Shown one piece after another: positions 49,313 through 58,306 of a DNA stretch of 64,000 nucleotides (its first letter is position 1; every line of letters starts with the position of its first letter). The notes under the pieces were generated by a model that worked only from the letters and a program-made list of their open reading frames with translations, did not search any database and was not told the DNA's origin. The stretch comes from Dehalococcoidia bacterium (GTDB lineage: Bacteria > Chloroflexota > Dehalococcoidia > UBA2979), in contig OZ244720.1 in NCBI GenBank assembly GCA_965219085.1, forward strand, positions 1,280,001 to 1,344,000. The letters are read 5' to 3'. A program made the position numbers and the translations under genes.

Positions 49313-49485
49313 GTGGCCGCTCCTTCGTGCACCTGCTCACAAGGTCGAATCCGAGTATAGGGTCGGCAATCGCGCGCGAGCAATCGCGCACCCCGCGGGA
49401 CGGGGGCGCGCGCAGCGGGCAGTGTTGGTAGACTCGCCCCACACGGCCGGTGCAGCGGCGGACGTGCAGTACGAGGAGCGGACGG

Positions 49486-49788
49486 ATGCGGGTGGCGGCA
49501 CACCTGAGTGCAGTGCGCGGGCGACTGCTCGCGGCGACCCTCGGCGTGACGGCGGCGGCGATGCCGCACGTCGCGGCTGCGAACCATGACCCGTCGCGTG
49601 CGCTGGCGGTTCCGGGTGACACCGGGACCGTGGTCGCGCTGGTCGCTCTTGGCATCGCGGCGTTGTTCGGCGTGACCTCGGTGGCCTTCCTGTACCGCAA
49701 GCAGCGCGGCCTGCACTGGGACTATCAGCTCCCGGACGGCGCGCTGTCCGAGGCCGAGGGCGAGTCCGCCGACCACGACAGCCACTAG
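49486..49788 (+). CDS. Small exported/membrane protein
   Basis: GAGGAG RBS, signal-like segment, one TM, His/Asp tail. Confidence 0.65.
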   Translation: MRVAAHLSAVRGRLLAATLGVTAAAMPHVAAANHDPSRALAVPGDTGTVVALVALGIAALFGVTSVAFLYRKQRGLHWDYQLPDGALSEAEGESADHDSH

Positions 49789-49853
49789 CCGCCGCCCATC
49801 CGCGGCGAAACTCGACCGGCCATCCGGCCGACCGAGCGAGCGAGGAGAATGAG

Positions 49854-50309
49854 ATGCTGGACCCAGGCGCACAGATGCCGGAGTTCTCGCTCCGCGATCC
49901 CGATCGGGAGCGATTCACGAACGAGAACCTGATGGGGGAGATCGCGGTCATCGCCTTCTACCCCATGTCCTTCACCGGTGGCTGAACGATGGAGATGGAG
50001 GGCTTCCAGTCGCGTCTCGCGGACATGGCAGCCCTCGGAGCCCGCGTGGTGGGCGTGAGTTCAGACACCTGGGCGACGCAAGGAGCGTTCGCCGAAGCGA
50101 TTGGGGCCGAGTTCCCGATCCTGTCCGATTGGCCGAACTACCGGACCATCGAAGCCTTCGGCGTCGGCGTGGAACGCGGCCCGACGGCCATGCGCGTGAC
50201 CTTCGTCTTCGGCGCCGACGGCGTGCTGAGCGAACGGTTCGACGGGCAGGGCGACATGGACGCGCACTCCGCGTTCGCCCTCGATGCGGTGCAGCGGCTC
50301 AACAACTAG
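49854..50309 (+). CDS. Selenocysteine-containing peroxiredoxin (AhpE/BCP-like)
   Basis: FYPMSFTGG-TGA-TME: in-frame TGA 49983-49985 at the PxxxTxxC Cys position; frame continues with GVSSD, FPILSD, RVTFV. Confidence 0.88.
49998..50036 (+). promoter_or_regulatory. Putative bacterial SECIS element
   Basis: GAGGGCT/AGCCCTC, CCA/TGG, GTC/GAC, GCG/CGC stems with apical GTCT, 12 nt after the TGA. Confidence 0.7.
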
Positions 50310-50463
50310 CCGCCGAACCGTCCATCCCGAAACGAGACCATCACCCGTCCGGGGTACCGCGCGCGGCGCGGCCCCGGATGGCGTGGCTGAGGGCCGCTTC
50401 CGCAGCCCTCCTTCGTGTCTGGTCGGCTGATGGTGTTCCGCGCCCGCAGGCGCGCCTGCCGGT

Positions 50464-50955
50464 CTAGGTCTCGGCGGGCTGGGGAGCCGCCAACTCCTCA
50501 TCGATCTCCGCGAGGCGCTGCTCGAGCGCCTCGAGACGCTCACTGAGTTCGGCGCGCATCTCTACCAGCTGCTCGATCTTCGGCTCGACGACCTCGAGCT
50601 GGCGGCGGAGCGCGGCCATGACCTGCTCCACGCGTTGGCGGCGCTCGGGCAGGTCGCGGTCGGGGCGGCGGGTGGCGCGGATCTGCGCCCGCAGCTCCTC
50701 AGCCTGGACCATCTCCTTGATCTCGGCGAGCGTGAAGCCGAGCAGGCCCTGGAGCTGCTTGATCAGCTCAACACGGCCAATGTCTGCGTCCGAGTAGAGC
50801 CGGAAGCCACCTTCCATCCGGTCTGCGGGGGTGACGAGGCCGCGCTCCTCGTAGAAGCGGAGCGTGCGCTGGGTGAGCCCGGTGCGCTGCGCCACCTCCC
50901 CGATCTGGTAGCGGGGCTCGGTCGACGGGCTGGCCTCGGGCACATCGTTGGTCAT
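50464..50955 (-). CDS. MerR-family transcriptional regulator
   Basis: YQIGEVAQRTGLTQRTLRFYEERGL, GFRLYS, GFTLAEIK. Confidence 0.93.
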   Translation of the reverse strand: MTNDVPEASPSTEPRYQIGEVAQRTGLTQRTLRFYEERGLVTPADRMEGGFRLYSDADIGRVELIKQLQGLLGFTLAEIKEMVQAEELRAQIRATRRPDRDLPERRQRVEQVMAALRRQLEVVEPKIEQLVEMRAELSERLEALEQRLAEIDEELAAPQPAET

Positions 50956-50962
50956 CGCCCGC

Positions 50963-50992
50963 ATCGTAGGAAGCGGTTGCGCGGCGGGTCAA
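50963..50992 (-). promoter_or_regulatory. Sigma70 promoter of the MerR gene, probably leaderless
   Basis: TTGACC-N18-TACGAT, 7 nt before ATG 50955. Confidence 0.6.
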
Positions 50993-51019
50993 CCGACCAA
51001 CGCGCGTCAACCTCGCGCG

Positions 51020-51757
51020 TTATAGCGGCTCGTCGTCGTCCTCGTCCAGCAGGCCCGGCCCGTGCGAAGGCACCAGGGCGTTGGGGCGATCCCCGCGCTG
51101 CTCGCGTGGGGCGGGCACCGCTGCCGCCGCGACGACCACCGCCTCTATGGCCGCGGCATCGCCCGCGACGAGCGCCACAAGCGCCCCGGCGTCGCGCCAC
51201 ACCTCGAGCTGCGTCGCGTCCACCGAGCCGTCGACGGACACGATCAGCGGCTTGCGCGTGAGGTCGGCGATGCGCCGCGTGAGCAGCTGGTCGCGCACCG
51301 TCGCCGCGGCGCGAGACGACGGGAGCAGGATCGCGTCGAGTTCGAGCGGCTGCAGCAGCCGCAGCTCCTCCTCGGCGGCCGCGGCGTCCGGCAGCAGCGC
51401 GACGTGGCCGAGATCGGGCCGCAGCAGCGCCGCCGCCTCGGTCTGCGCGTCGTCGAATACGAGGAAGTCCGCGCCCCCTTCGATGAGGGCGTCGGTATCG
51501 GCGCTCGTAGCGGCCTCGACGCGCGCCCCGACGGGGCGACCGTCGGCGGCCTCGATCACCGCCTCGATGTCCTCGGCGCCCACGAGCAGCGCGTCGGCGC
51601 CCGCGGCGGCCGCCCGCGCGGCGGCCTTGGCGCCGCCGACCTCGGCGAGGACCAGCACGTGGCGCTGCGACTCGGCGCCGCGGCCGCGCGGGCCGAAGCC
51701 GAACGGGACGGAACGGCGCTCAAGCGTGGAGCGGATCCGCTCGCGGAGTTTGCTCAT
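51020..51757 (-). CDS. Hypothetical protein, possible TIM-barrel fold
   Basis: Alternating alpha/beta pattern (GADALLV, GADFLVF). Confidence 0.7.
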   Translation of the reverse strand: MSKLRERIRSTLERRSVPFGFGPRGRGAESQRHVLVLAEVGGAKAAARAAAAGADALLVGAEDIEAVIEAADGRPVGARVEAATSADTDALIEGGADFLVFDDAQTEAAALLRPDLGHVALLPDAAAAEEELRLLQPLELDAILLPSSRAAATVRDQLLTRRIADLTRKPLIVSVDGSVDATQLEVWRDAGALVALVAGDAAAIEAVVVAAAAVPAPREQRGDRPNALVPSHGPGLLDEDDDEPL

Positions 51758-51809
51758 GCGGGCGTACTCACTTCAGGTGGGCGCAGGGTGCGCGCCGGGC
51801 GGTGGTGTG

Positions 51810-51884
51810 TGGAGCCGGCGGGGGGATTCGAACCCTCGACCTGCTGTTTACGAAACAGCTGCTCTACCTCTGAGCTACACCGGC
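51810..51884 (-). tRNA. tRNA-Thr(CGT)
   Basis: GCCGGTGTAGCTCAG...GCTGT-TTCGTAA-ACAGC...GGTTCGAATCCC...GGCTCCA cloverleaf with CCA. Confidence 0.97.
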
Positions 51885-52065
51885 CCGGCGTCCAGCGTAT
51901 AGCGTACCGCCGGGGTGGGTTTGAGGGGTAGGAAGCGTCACCGAACGTAACTAACCCCTGATCCACCGAAGAAGGGCGTGCGAGCGGCTGCGGTTGGGTG
52001 CTCCGCTGTAGCTGGGACAATGGGTTTTGCCGAATCACGTCACAGCCACAGGGAGCACCCATTCG

Positions 52066-53209
52066 ATGCTACCAACGAGCGACCCCGACCGGATAGACAT
52101 CGCCTTCGATGACGACCGCCTCGTGGACCACGCGGGCCTGCTGCTCCCGGCCACGCTCGCCCAGCATCTCGGTCTGCAAGAGCTCGCCGACAGCTGCGTC
52201 GACCTCGGTGACGCGCCGGGCCGGGCGAACGCCGGCGACAAGCTGCTGACCCTCATCGCCTCGGCGCTCGCGGGCGGCGACTGCATCGACGACGCCGATG
52301 CGTTGCGCGCCGGCGGGACGGCGAGCGTGCTGGGTTGCACGGTCAAGGCGCCGTCCACCCTGGGCACGTTCCTGCGCAGCTTCCGCTGGGGCCACGTCCG
52401 CCAGCTCGACCGCGTCAGCCGCGAGTTGCTCGCTCGCAGCTGGGCGGCCGGGGCGGGACCCGGCGACGCGCCGTTCACGATCGACCTCGACTCGACGATC
52501 TGCGAGACCTACGGCTTGGCGAAGGAGGGCGCCCGGCACCACGGCTACACGGGCGCGCGCGGCTACCACCCGCTGCTCGCGGTGGCGGCCGGGACGGGTG
52601 ACGTGCTGATGGCGCGGCTGCGCGAGGGCCGCGCCAACACTGCCCGCGGCGCCGCCCACTTCCTGCGTGAGACGGTGGCGCGGGTCCGCGCTGCCGGAGC
52701 GAGCGGGCAGCTCACGATGCGCGCCGACAGCGGCTTCTACAACCACGCGGTCGTCGCCGCCTGCCGCGCGCTGGATGTCCGCTTCTCGGTCACGATTCGC
52801 CAGCAACCGAACGTACGCACGCTGATCGAGGCGATCCCGGAAGCGGACTGGACGCCGATCCCGTACTGGCTGCCGGGCGGCGCCGCTGTCGCCGAGACGT
52901 CCTACACCCCGTTCCGGCACGCGAAGGACGCCAGCGCGGTCCGGCTCATCGTGCGGCGCGTGAGGCCGGCGCCCGGCTCACAGCTGGCGCTCTTCGCGAC
53001 GTACAGCTACCACGCCTTCATCACCGACCGCGCGGGGGAGATGATGGAGCTCGAGACCGACCATCGCCGTCACGCCGAGATCGAGAACGCGATCCGCGAC
53101 CTCAAGTACGGCGTCGGGCTCAACCATCTCCCCTCGGGCCGCTTCGCCGCGAACGCGGCATGGCTCGCGGTGCAGGTGATCGCGCACAACCTCGCCCGCT
53201 GGACGGCGC
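52066..53209 (+). pseudogene. IS1380 transposase, N-terminal part
   Basis: APSTLGTFL, IDLDST, GYHPLL, RADSGF, HAEIENAIRDLK.G.GL.HLPSG.F.AN. Confidence 0.9.
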
Positions 53210-53370
53210 ACATCCTGCTTCCAGGGGGCGCTGCTATCTCTGCCGCGTCCTCGATGGGACAAGTGGGTGCTCGCAGTCGCCCGTGCTCGGCATCACGTGC
53301 GTGGCTTCGTTCGCGCTCGGGTCTTCCTTCCTGATCTCCGGTCCCCGCCGGCTGAGGCGGCGCCTCCCGG
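53206..53370 (-). ncRNA. Candidate IS110/IS1111 bridge (seek) RNA region, truncated
   Basis: Non-coding region 3' of the IS110 gene; contains GGCAGAGAT identical to the element junction at 54568-54576. Confidence 0.5.
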
Positions 53371-54459
53371 CTACGCGGCCTCGCGGGCCACGGCGTGACG
53401 CAGCGGCTCGTAGACCTCCCCGCTCTTCCACAGCGCGAGCAGCAGCACCGCCAACCGCCTCGCGACGGCCACGACCGCGCGCTTCTTCGCGTTGCCCGCC
53501 CCTGTTCCCGCGTAGCGCTCACCCCAGCGACGCAGGTCGCTATCGGGTCCGAAGGGACCGAGGATGTAGTGCGCGGCCTGCACCAGCAGCCGCCGCAAGC
53601 CCGCGTCGCCGCTCTTGCCGATGCCGAGCTGCGGCGCTCGCTCCCCAGACTCCCGCTGCCGCGGCACGAGCCCGAGGTAGGCCCCCACCTCCCGGTTCTG
53701 CGGGAAGCGCCCCGGGTTCTCGATCGTCAGCACGAACGTGAGCGCGGTGATCGGCCCCACGCCGGTGACCTGGCGCAGCGCCGCGGTCTCGGGGTGGGCC
53801 TCGCACAACGCCTCGACCTCCCGCCCGGCCGCCGCGGTGCGCACGGTCAGCTCGCCAATCGCCTCCACCAGCGGCAGCAGCGCCGGGCGCAGCCCGTCGG
53901 GGATGTGGTCCGCCGTCTTGCGGTGAAAGGCCGCGGCCGTGCACGACGGCAGCGCGTCGCCGCAGGCCTTGACGGCCCCGCGCACGTGGTTGATGAGCAG
54001 CGTCCTCGATCGCACCAGCGCGTCGCGGGCGCGCACCACGGCGAGGTCGTGCTGACTCTGCTCGCTCCTGTGGCGGATCGGGGCGAGCAACTCCGGGTCG
54101 AAGCGCCCCAGCCGCGCCAGCCACGCGGCGTCGAGCCGGTCGGTCTTGCGCTGGCTGCCGGCGATCAGCGCGACCTGGCGAGGGTTGGCGACGACCACCT
54201 CATGGCCGAGGTCCGCCACGACGCGGCTCAGCCACGGCGAGCGCGGCCCCGCCTCGAGCACGACCCGCGCCGGGGAGAGGCCGGTCAGCGCTGCGCCCAG
54301 CGCCGCAGCCGCGGTGCGGACGCGCCGCTCGCGTATCACCTCCCCGCCGGCGCCGAGGGCGTGGACGTGCGTGTAACGATCGCCCACGTCGAGGCCGACG
54401 GTGATGGCGGGCCCATCCTTGCCTTCAATGCTCCGCGTCGTTGCGATATGCTGCTGCAT
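53371..54459 (-). CDS. IS110-family DEDD recombinase/transposase
   Basis: VGLDVG, VLEAG, KTDRLDA, GVGPITA, YLGLVPRQRESG, VAVARRL. Confidence 0.95.
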   Translation of the reverse strand: MQQHIATTRSIEGKDGPAITVGLDVGDRYTHVHALGAGGEVIRERRVRTAAAALGAALTGLSPARVVLEAGPRSPWLSRVVADLGHEVVVANPRQVALIAGSQRKTDRLDAAWLARLGRFDPELLAPIRHRSEQSQHDLAVVRARDALVRSRTLLINHVRGAVKACGDALPSCTAAAFHRKTADHIPDGLRPALLPLVEAIGELTVRTAAAGREVEALCEAHPETAALRQVTGVGPITALTFVLTIENPGRFPQNREVGAYLGLVPRQRESGERAPQLGIGKSGDAGLRRLLVQAAHYILGPFGPDSDLRRWGERYAGTGAGNAKKRAVVAVARRLAVLLLALWKSGEVYEPLRHAVAREAA

Positions 54460-54570
54460 GGCCGGTCTCCTACCTCGTCAAGGCTCTTCCGAGCCGCTCT
54501 TGGCCCATCGAGGCCGCTGTTTCAGGGGGCGAGTATCCCCCTTGAGGAGGAGGCCGGCCCTCATGCCATC

Positions 54571-54672
54571 TCTGCCCGGCGCTGGACCCTGCACCTCCCG
54601 AAGCGCTGGCCCTGGGCCGGGCAGTGGGCAGCCGCCCTGGCGCGGTTACGGGCGCTTCCGCTCCCGGCCTGA
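54571..54672 (+). pseudogene. IS1380 transposase, C-terminal fragment
   Basis: SARRWTLHLPKRWPWAGQWAAALARLRALPLPA-stop. Confidence 0.8.
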
Positions 54673-54882
54673 CGCCCGCTCACAGCGCCGGCCCGGGTCC
54701 GAGGCTCGCGCCAGCATGCCCGCGCACGCCTCGCGCACCCTCGCGCCCGCGCTCTCAGCGCCCCCGAGCCGCGCTGAGCGCCGGCTCCTCGCTCCGGCCC
54801 GCCCGGCGAACACCGACACACCTGCCGAACTCTCCAGCATACCGGCATCCCGCCCCCTCAAGCCTCGATCGGTGTATTCGGG

Positions 54883-55085
54883 TTAAGAAGGAGCCATCCC
54901 CGTACGGCCATTGCCCGCGCTGCTCGACACCTCTAGAACGGCGGCACGATCTACTCAACTTCAACGATCGCCCTTATTCCACCCCGTACGTACGGTGCGC
55001 CAAGTGTTTCTGGAGGTCCGGGAAGATCACTGACCCATACGACCGTGACCAATACCCCGAGGGAACGCTGGCTGGCGATAGATGA
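54883..55085 (+). pseudogene. Zinc-ribbon ORF fragment next to the IS end
   Basis: CPRC...CAKC, lower GC, no clear start. Confidence 0.4.
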
Positions 55086-55259
55086 CCCGGACGCAGGGCC
55101 CATCAACGCCGCTTAGCTATCTTGACGGCGCTGTAACCCCTATCCACTCGCCACGAGGGCAAGGCGCCGCACATGGCGCACGTCCGTTCCGCTATGCTTG
55201 ACACGGCCACACGACGTGATCGAGCCGACGCGACGCGGTCCGGGAGGCCCAGGAACGCC

Positions 55260-57359
55260 ATGACCACCCAGTCCAGGGTCGCGACGGCCGACGACGGCGC
55301 GCCCAGCGCCGCTCCACCTCCAGCCTTCGACCTCGACGCCCCCGAGTGGTACGCCAACCGCGAGCTCAGCTGGCTCGACTTCAACGACCGCGTCCTCGCC
55401 GAGGCGCGTGACCGCCGCAACCCGCTGCTCGAACGCCTCAAGTTCCTCGCCATCACCGGCAGCAACCTGGACGAGTTCTACGAGAAGCGCGTCGGCTGGC
55501 TGCGCCGCCTCGCCGAAACCGACCGCAACCAGCACACCCTCGACGGCATGTCGGTGGCCGACCAGCTCGCCGAGTCGAAGCGCCGCTGCCTCGCCATGCG
55601 CGAGGAGCTCGACGCGACCTGGGCACTCGACCTGCGGCCCGCGCTCGCCGCCGCGGGCGTCCAGATCGTGTCGTACGGGGACCTCAACGCCGGGGAGCAG
55701 GGCGAGCTGGAAGCGCACTTCAAGCGCGCCATCCTGCCGATCCTGACGCCGCTCGTCGTCGACCCCGCGCACCCGTTCCCGTTCATCTCCGGCGGCAGCC
55801 TCTCGCTGGCCGTCGGCCTGCGGCAGCGCAACGGCATGACGCGCTTCGCGCGCGTCAAGGTACCGCCCAACCGCCCGCGCTTCCTCGACCTCGCCGGCGG
55901 GCGCTTCGTGCCGCTCGAGGAGGTGATCGGGGCGCACCTCGGGCTGCTCTTCGCCGGCGTCCAGGTGATCGGCTGGCACCTCATCCGCGTGCTGCGCAGC
56001 GCCGCGGGCGGGACACCCGGCGAGGCGGCCGAGGACCTGCGCGAGCTGATCGAGACCCAGATCGAGCGGCGGCGCCTCGCCGACGCCGTCGCGCTCGAAT
56101 GCTCCTCGCGGCTCCCGCCGCTGCACCGCGAGCTGCTGCTCGACGAGCTCGAGCTCGACGAGTCGGACGTGATCGAGGTCGAGCACCTCGTCGACACGGC
56201 GGACCTGATGCAGCTCGCGACGCTGAGAGCCGAGGAGCTGACGTTCGCCGGCTTCACCCCGGCCATCCCGAAGCGCTTCGCCGCCGTCGAGGAGGACGGA
56301 CGGCTCTGGGAGACGCTGCGCGAGCGGGACCTCCTGGTGCACCACCCGTACGAGTCCTTCGACGCGACCGTCGTGCGCTTCGTCGAGCAGGCGGCGCGTG
56401 ACCCGCAGGTGCTGGCGATCAAGCAGACGCTGTACCGCACCTCGCCGGACTCGCCAATCCTCGAGGCGCTCATGAACGCCGCCGCCAAGGGCAAGCAGGT
56501 CGCGGTCGTCGTCGAGCTGACCGCGCGCTTTGACGAGGCGAACAACATCGAGTGGGCGCGCAAGCTGGAGGAGGCCGGCGTCCACATCTCGTACGGCTCG
56601 CCGGACCTCAAGGTGCACAGCAAGATCTCGCTCGTCGTCCGCGACGAGCCCCCCGGCGTACGGCTCTACGCGCACGTCGGCACCGGCAACTACAACTCGG
56701 GCACCGCGCGGCTCTACACCGACATCGGCATGTTCACCTCGGACGAGGCGATCGGGGCGGACCTCGTGACGGTGTTCAACCACCTCACGGGCTCCTCGGA
56801 GCCCCCGGTCACGAACGAGCTGATCGTCGCGCCGACGACCATGCGCACCGAGTTCAAGCGCCGCATCCGCCGCGAGATCGAGGCGGCCCGCGCGGGCCGG
56901 CCGGCGCGGCTCGTCTTCAAGATGAATGCGCTCGAGGATCAGGAGTCGGTGCGGCTGCTCTACGAGGCCTCGCAGGCCGGGGTCGATATCGACCTGATCG
57001 TGCGTGGCCTCTGCCGGCTGCGCCCCGGCATCCCGGGGCTGAGCAACCGCATCCGCGTGGTGAGCGTGATCGGGCGCTTCCTCGAGCACGCACGTATCTA
57101 CTACTTCGAGAACGGCGGCGATCCCGAGTACTTCATCGGCAGCGCCGACCTGATGAAGCGCAACCTCGACGAGCGCATCGAGATCATCGCGCCGGTGCGC
57201 GAGCCGGACCTGCAGGCGCACCTCTGGGACGTGCTGCAGGTGCAGCTCAACGACCGCCGCCAGGGCTGGCGCCTGCATGACCAAACGTGGACGCGCGACG
57301 ACGCCTGCACAGACATCGGCGTGCACGCGGACCTGCTCGAGCAGGCGCCCTTCGCGTAG
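55260..57359 (+). CDS. ppk1: Polyphosphate kinase 1
   Basis: NRELSWLDFN.RVL, HHPYESF, KQTLYRT, ARFDE, LKVHSK, GTGNYN, RFLEHAR, SADLM.RNL. Confidence 0.97.
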   Translation: MTTQSRVATADDGAPSAAPPPAFDLDAPEWYANRELSWLDFNDRVLAEARDRRNPLLERLKFLAITGSNLDEFYEKRVGWLRRLAETDRNQHTLDGMSVADQLAESKRRCLAMREELDATWALDLRPALAAAGVQIVSYGDLNAGEQGELEAHFKRAILPILTPLVVDPAHPFPFISGGSLSLAVGLRQRNGMTRFARVKVPPNRPRFLDLAGGRFVPLEEVIGAHLGLLFAGVQVIGWHLIRVLRSAAGGTPGEAAEDLRELIETQIERRRLADAVALECSSRLPPLHRELLLDELELDESDVIEVEHLVDTADLMQLATLRAEELTFAGFTPAIPKRFAAVEEDGRLWETLRERDLLVHHPYESFDATVVRFVEQAARDPQVLAIKQTLYRTSPDSPILEALMNAAAKGKQVAVVVELTARFDEANNIEWARKLEEAGVHISYGSPDLKVHSKISLVVRDEPPGVRLYAHVGTGNYNSGTARLYTDIGMFTSDEAIGADLVTVFNHLTGSSEPPVTNELIVAPTTMRTEFKRRIRREIEAARAGRPARLVFKMNALEDQESVRLLYEASQAGVDIDLIVRGLCRLRPGIPGLSNRIRVVSVIGRFLEHARIYYFENGGDPEYFIGSADLMKRNLDERIEIIAPVREPDLQAHLWDVLQVQLNDRRQGWRLHDQTWTRDDACTDIGVHADLLEQAPFA

Positions 57360-57495
57360 CCCCTGCACGCAGCCCCTGCACGCAGCCATCGAGGCGTCCC
57401 GCCTCGCACCGGCCCCGCCGGCGCCGAGCCTCAGCCGCGCCGAGGCCTCACACGCGTATCATCGGGCCGTACATCGCGTGTGGCGGGAGGCTGAC

Positions 57496-58281
57496 GTGGC
57501 GGACGAGCGAACCCCGGCGGGCCAGCCTGAGCTGGCCGAGCAGACCGTGCTCGTCACCGGCGCGGCAAGCGGCATCGGGCGCACGACCGCACTCGCCTTC
57601 GGCGCCGCCGGCGCGCGCGTCGTGCTCGCCGACATCGACGAGGCGGGCGCGGACCGGATCGCGAGGCAGATCGAGGACCGGTTCGGCGCCGAACCGCTCG
57701 TGCACCGGGCCGACCTCGCCGACGGCGCGGACATCCTCGGCCTGTACGAGGCAATCGACGACGCGTACGGCGGCGTCGACAGCGTCGCGAACGTCGCGGC
57801 GATCTATCCGAACGCGCTCACGGTCGACACGTCGGACGAGTTCTGGGACCGCGTACTGACGTTGAACCTGCGCGGCGTGTTCCAGTCGTCCCGCGAGGCC
57901 TTGCGGCGGATGGTGGCGCAGGGCCACGGGTCGGTCGTGAACATTGCCTCGGGCGCGGCGTTCAAGGGGCTGTCCGGGCTCTCCGCGTACTCGGCGTCGA
58001 AGGGCGGGCTCGTGGCGATGAGCCGCGTGATGGCCGTCGAGGTCGCGCGGCAAGGCGTGCGCGTCAACGTCGTCGCGCCGGGCCCGACGCAGACCGAGGG
58101 CGCGGCCGGGCGTCGCAGCGCCGAGGAGATTGCCGCCGCCGCCGAGCGCATGATCCCGGGCCGGATGATGCAACCCGAGGAGGTCGCGGAGGCGATCGTG
58201 TTCCTGTGCTCGCCACAGGCATCCGGCCTCAACGGCGCGATTCTCAACGTCAACGGCGGCGACTACCAGCCGACCGGCTAG
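57496..58281 (+). CDS. Short-chain dehydrogenase/reductase
   Basis: TGAASGIG, YSASK, VNVVAPG. Confidence 0.93.
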   Translation: MADERTPAGQPELAEQTVLVTGAASGIGRTTALAFGAAGARVVLADIDEAGADRIARQIEDRFGAEPLVHRADLADGADILGLYEAIDDAYGGVDSVANVAAIYPNALTVDTSDEFWDRVLTLNLRGVFQSSREALRRMVAQGHGSVVNIASGAAFKGLSGLSAYSASKGGLVAMSRVMAVEVARQGVRVNVVAPGPTQTEGAAGRRSAEEIAAAAERMIPGRMMQPEEVAEAIVFLCSPQASGLNGAILNVNGGDYQPTG

Positions 58282-58306
58282 TGCCGCCCGAGAGCGCACC
58301 CACCCC

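Larger units (their letters stand above)
51956..54882 (+). mobile_element. IS1380-family element interrupted by an IS110
   Basis: Imperfect IRs CCCTGATCCACCGA vs CCCGAATACACCGA (11/14); transposase split in two. Confidence 0.8.

Noticed and set aside
51810-55085. tRNA-anchored integrative island
   Set aside because: The IS elements lie on the 5' side of the tRNA, with no integrase or duplicated 3' end.
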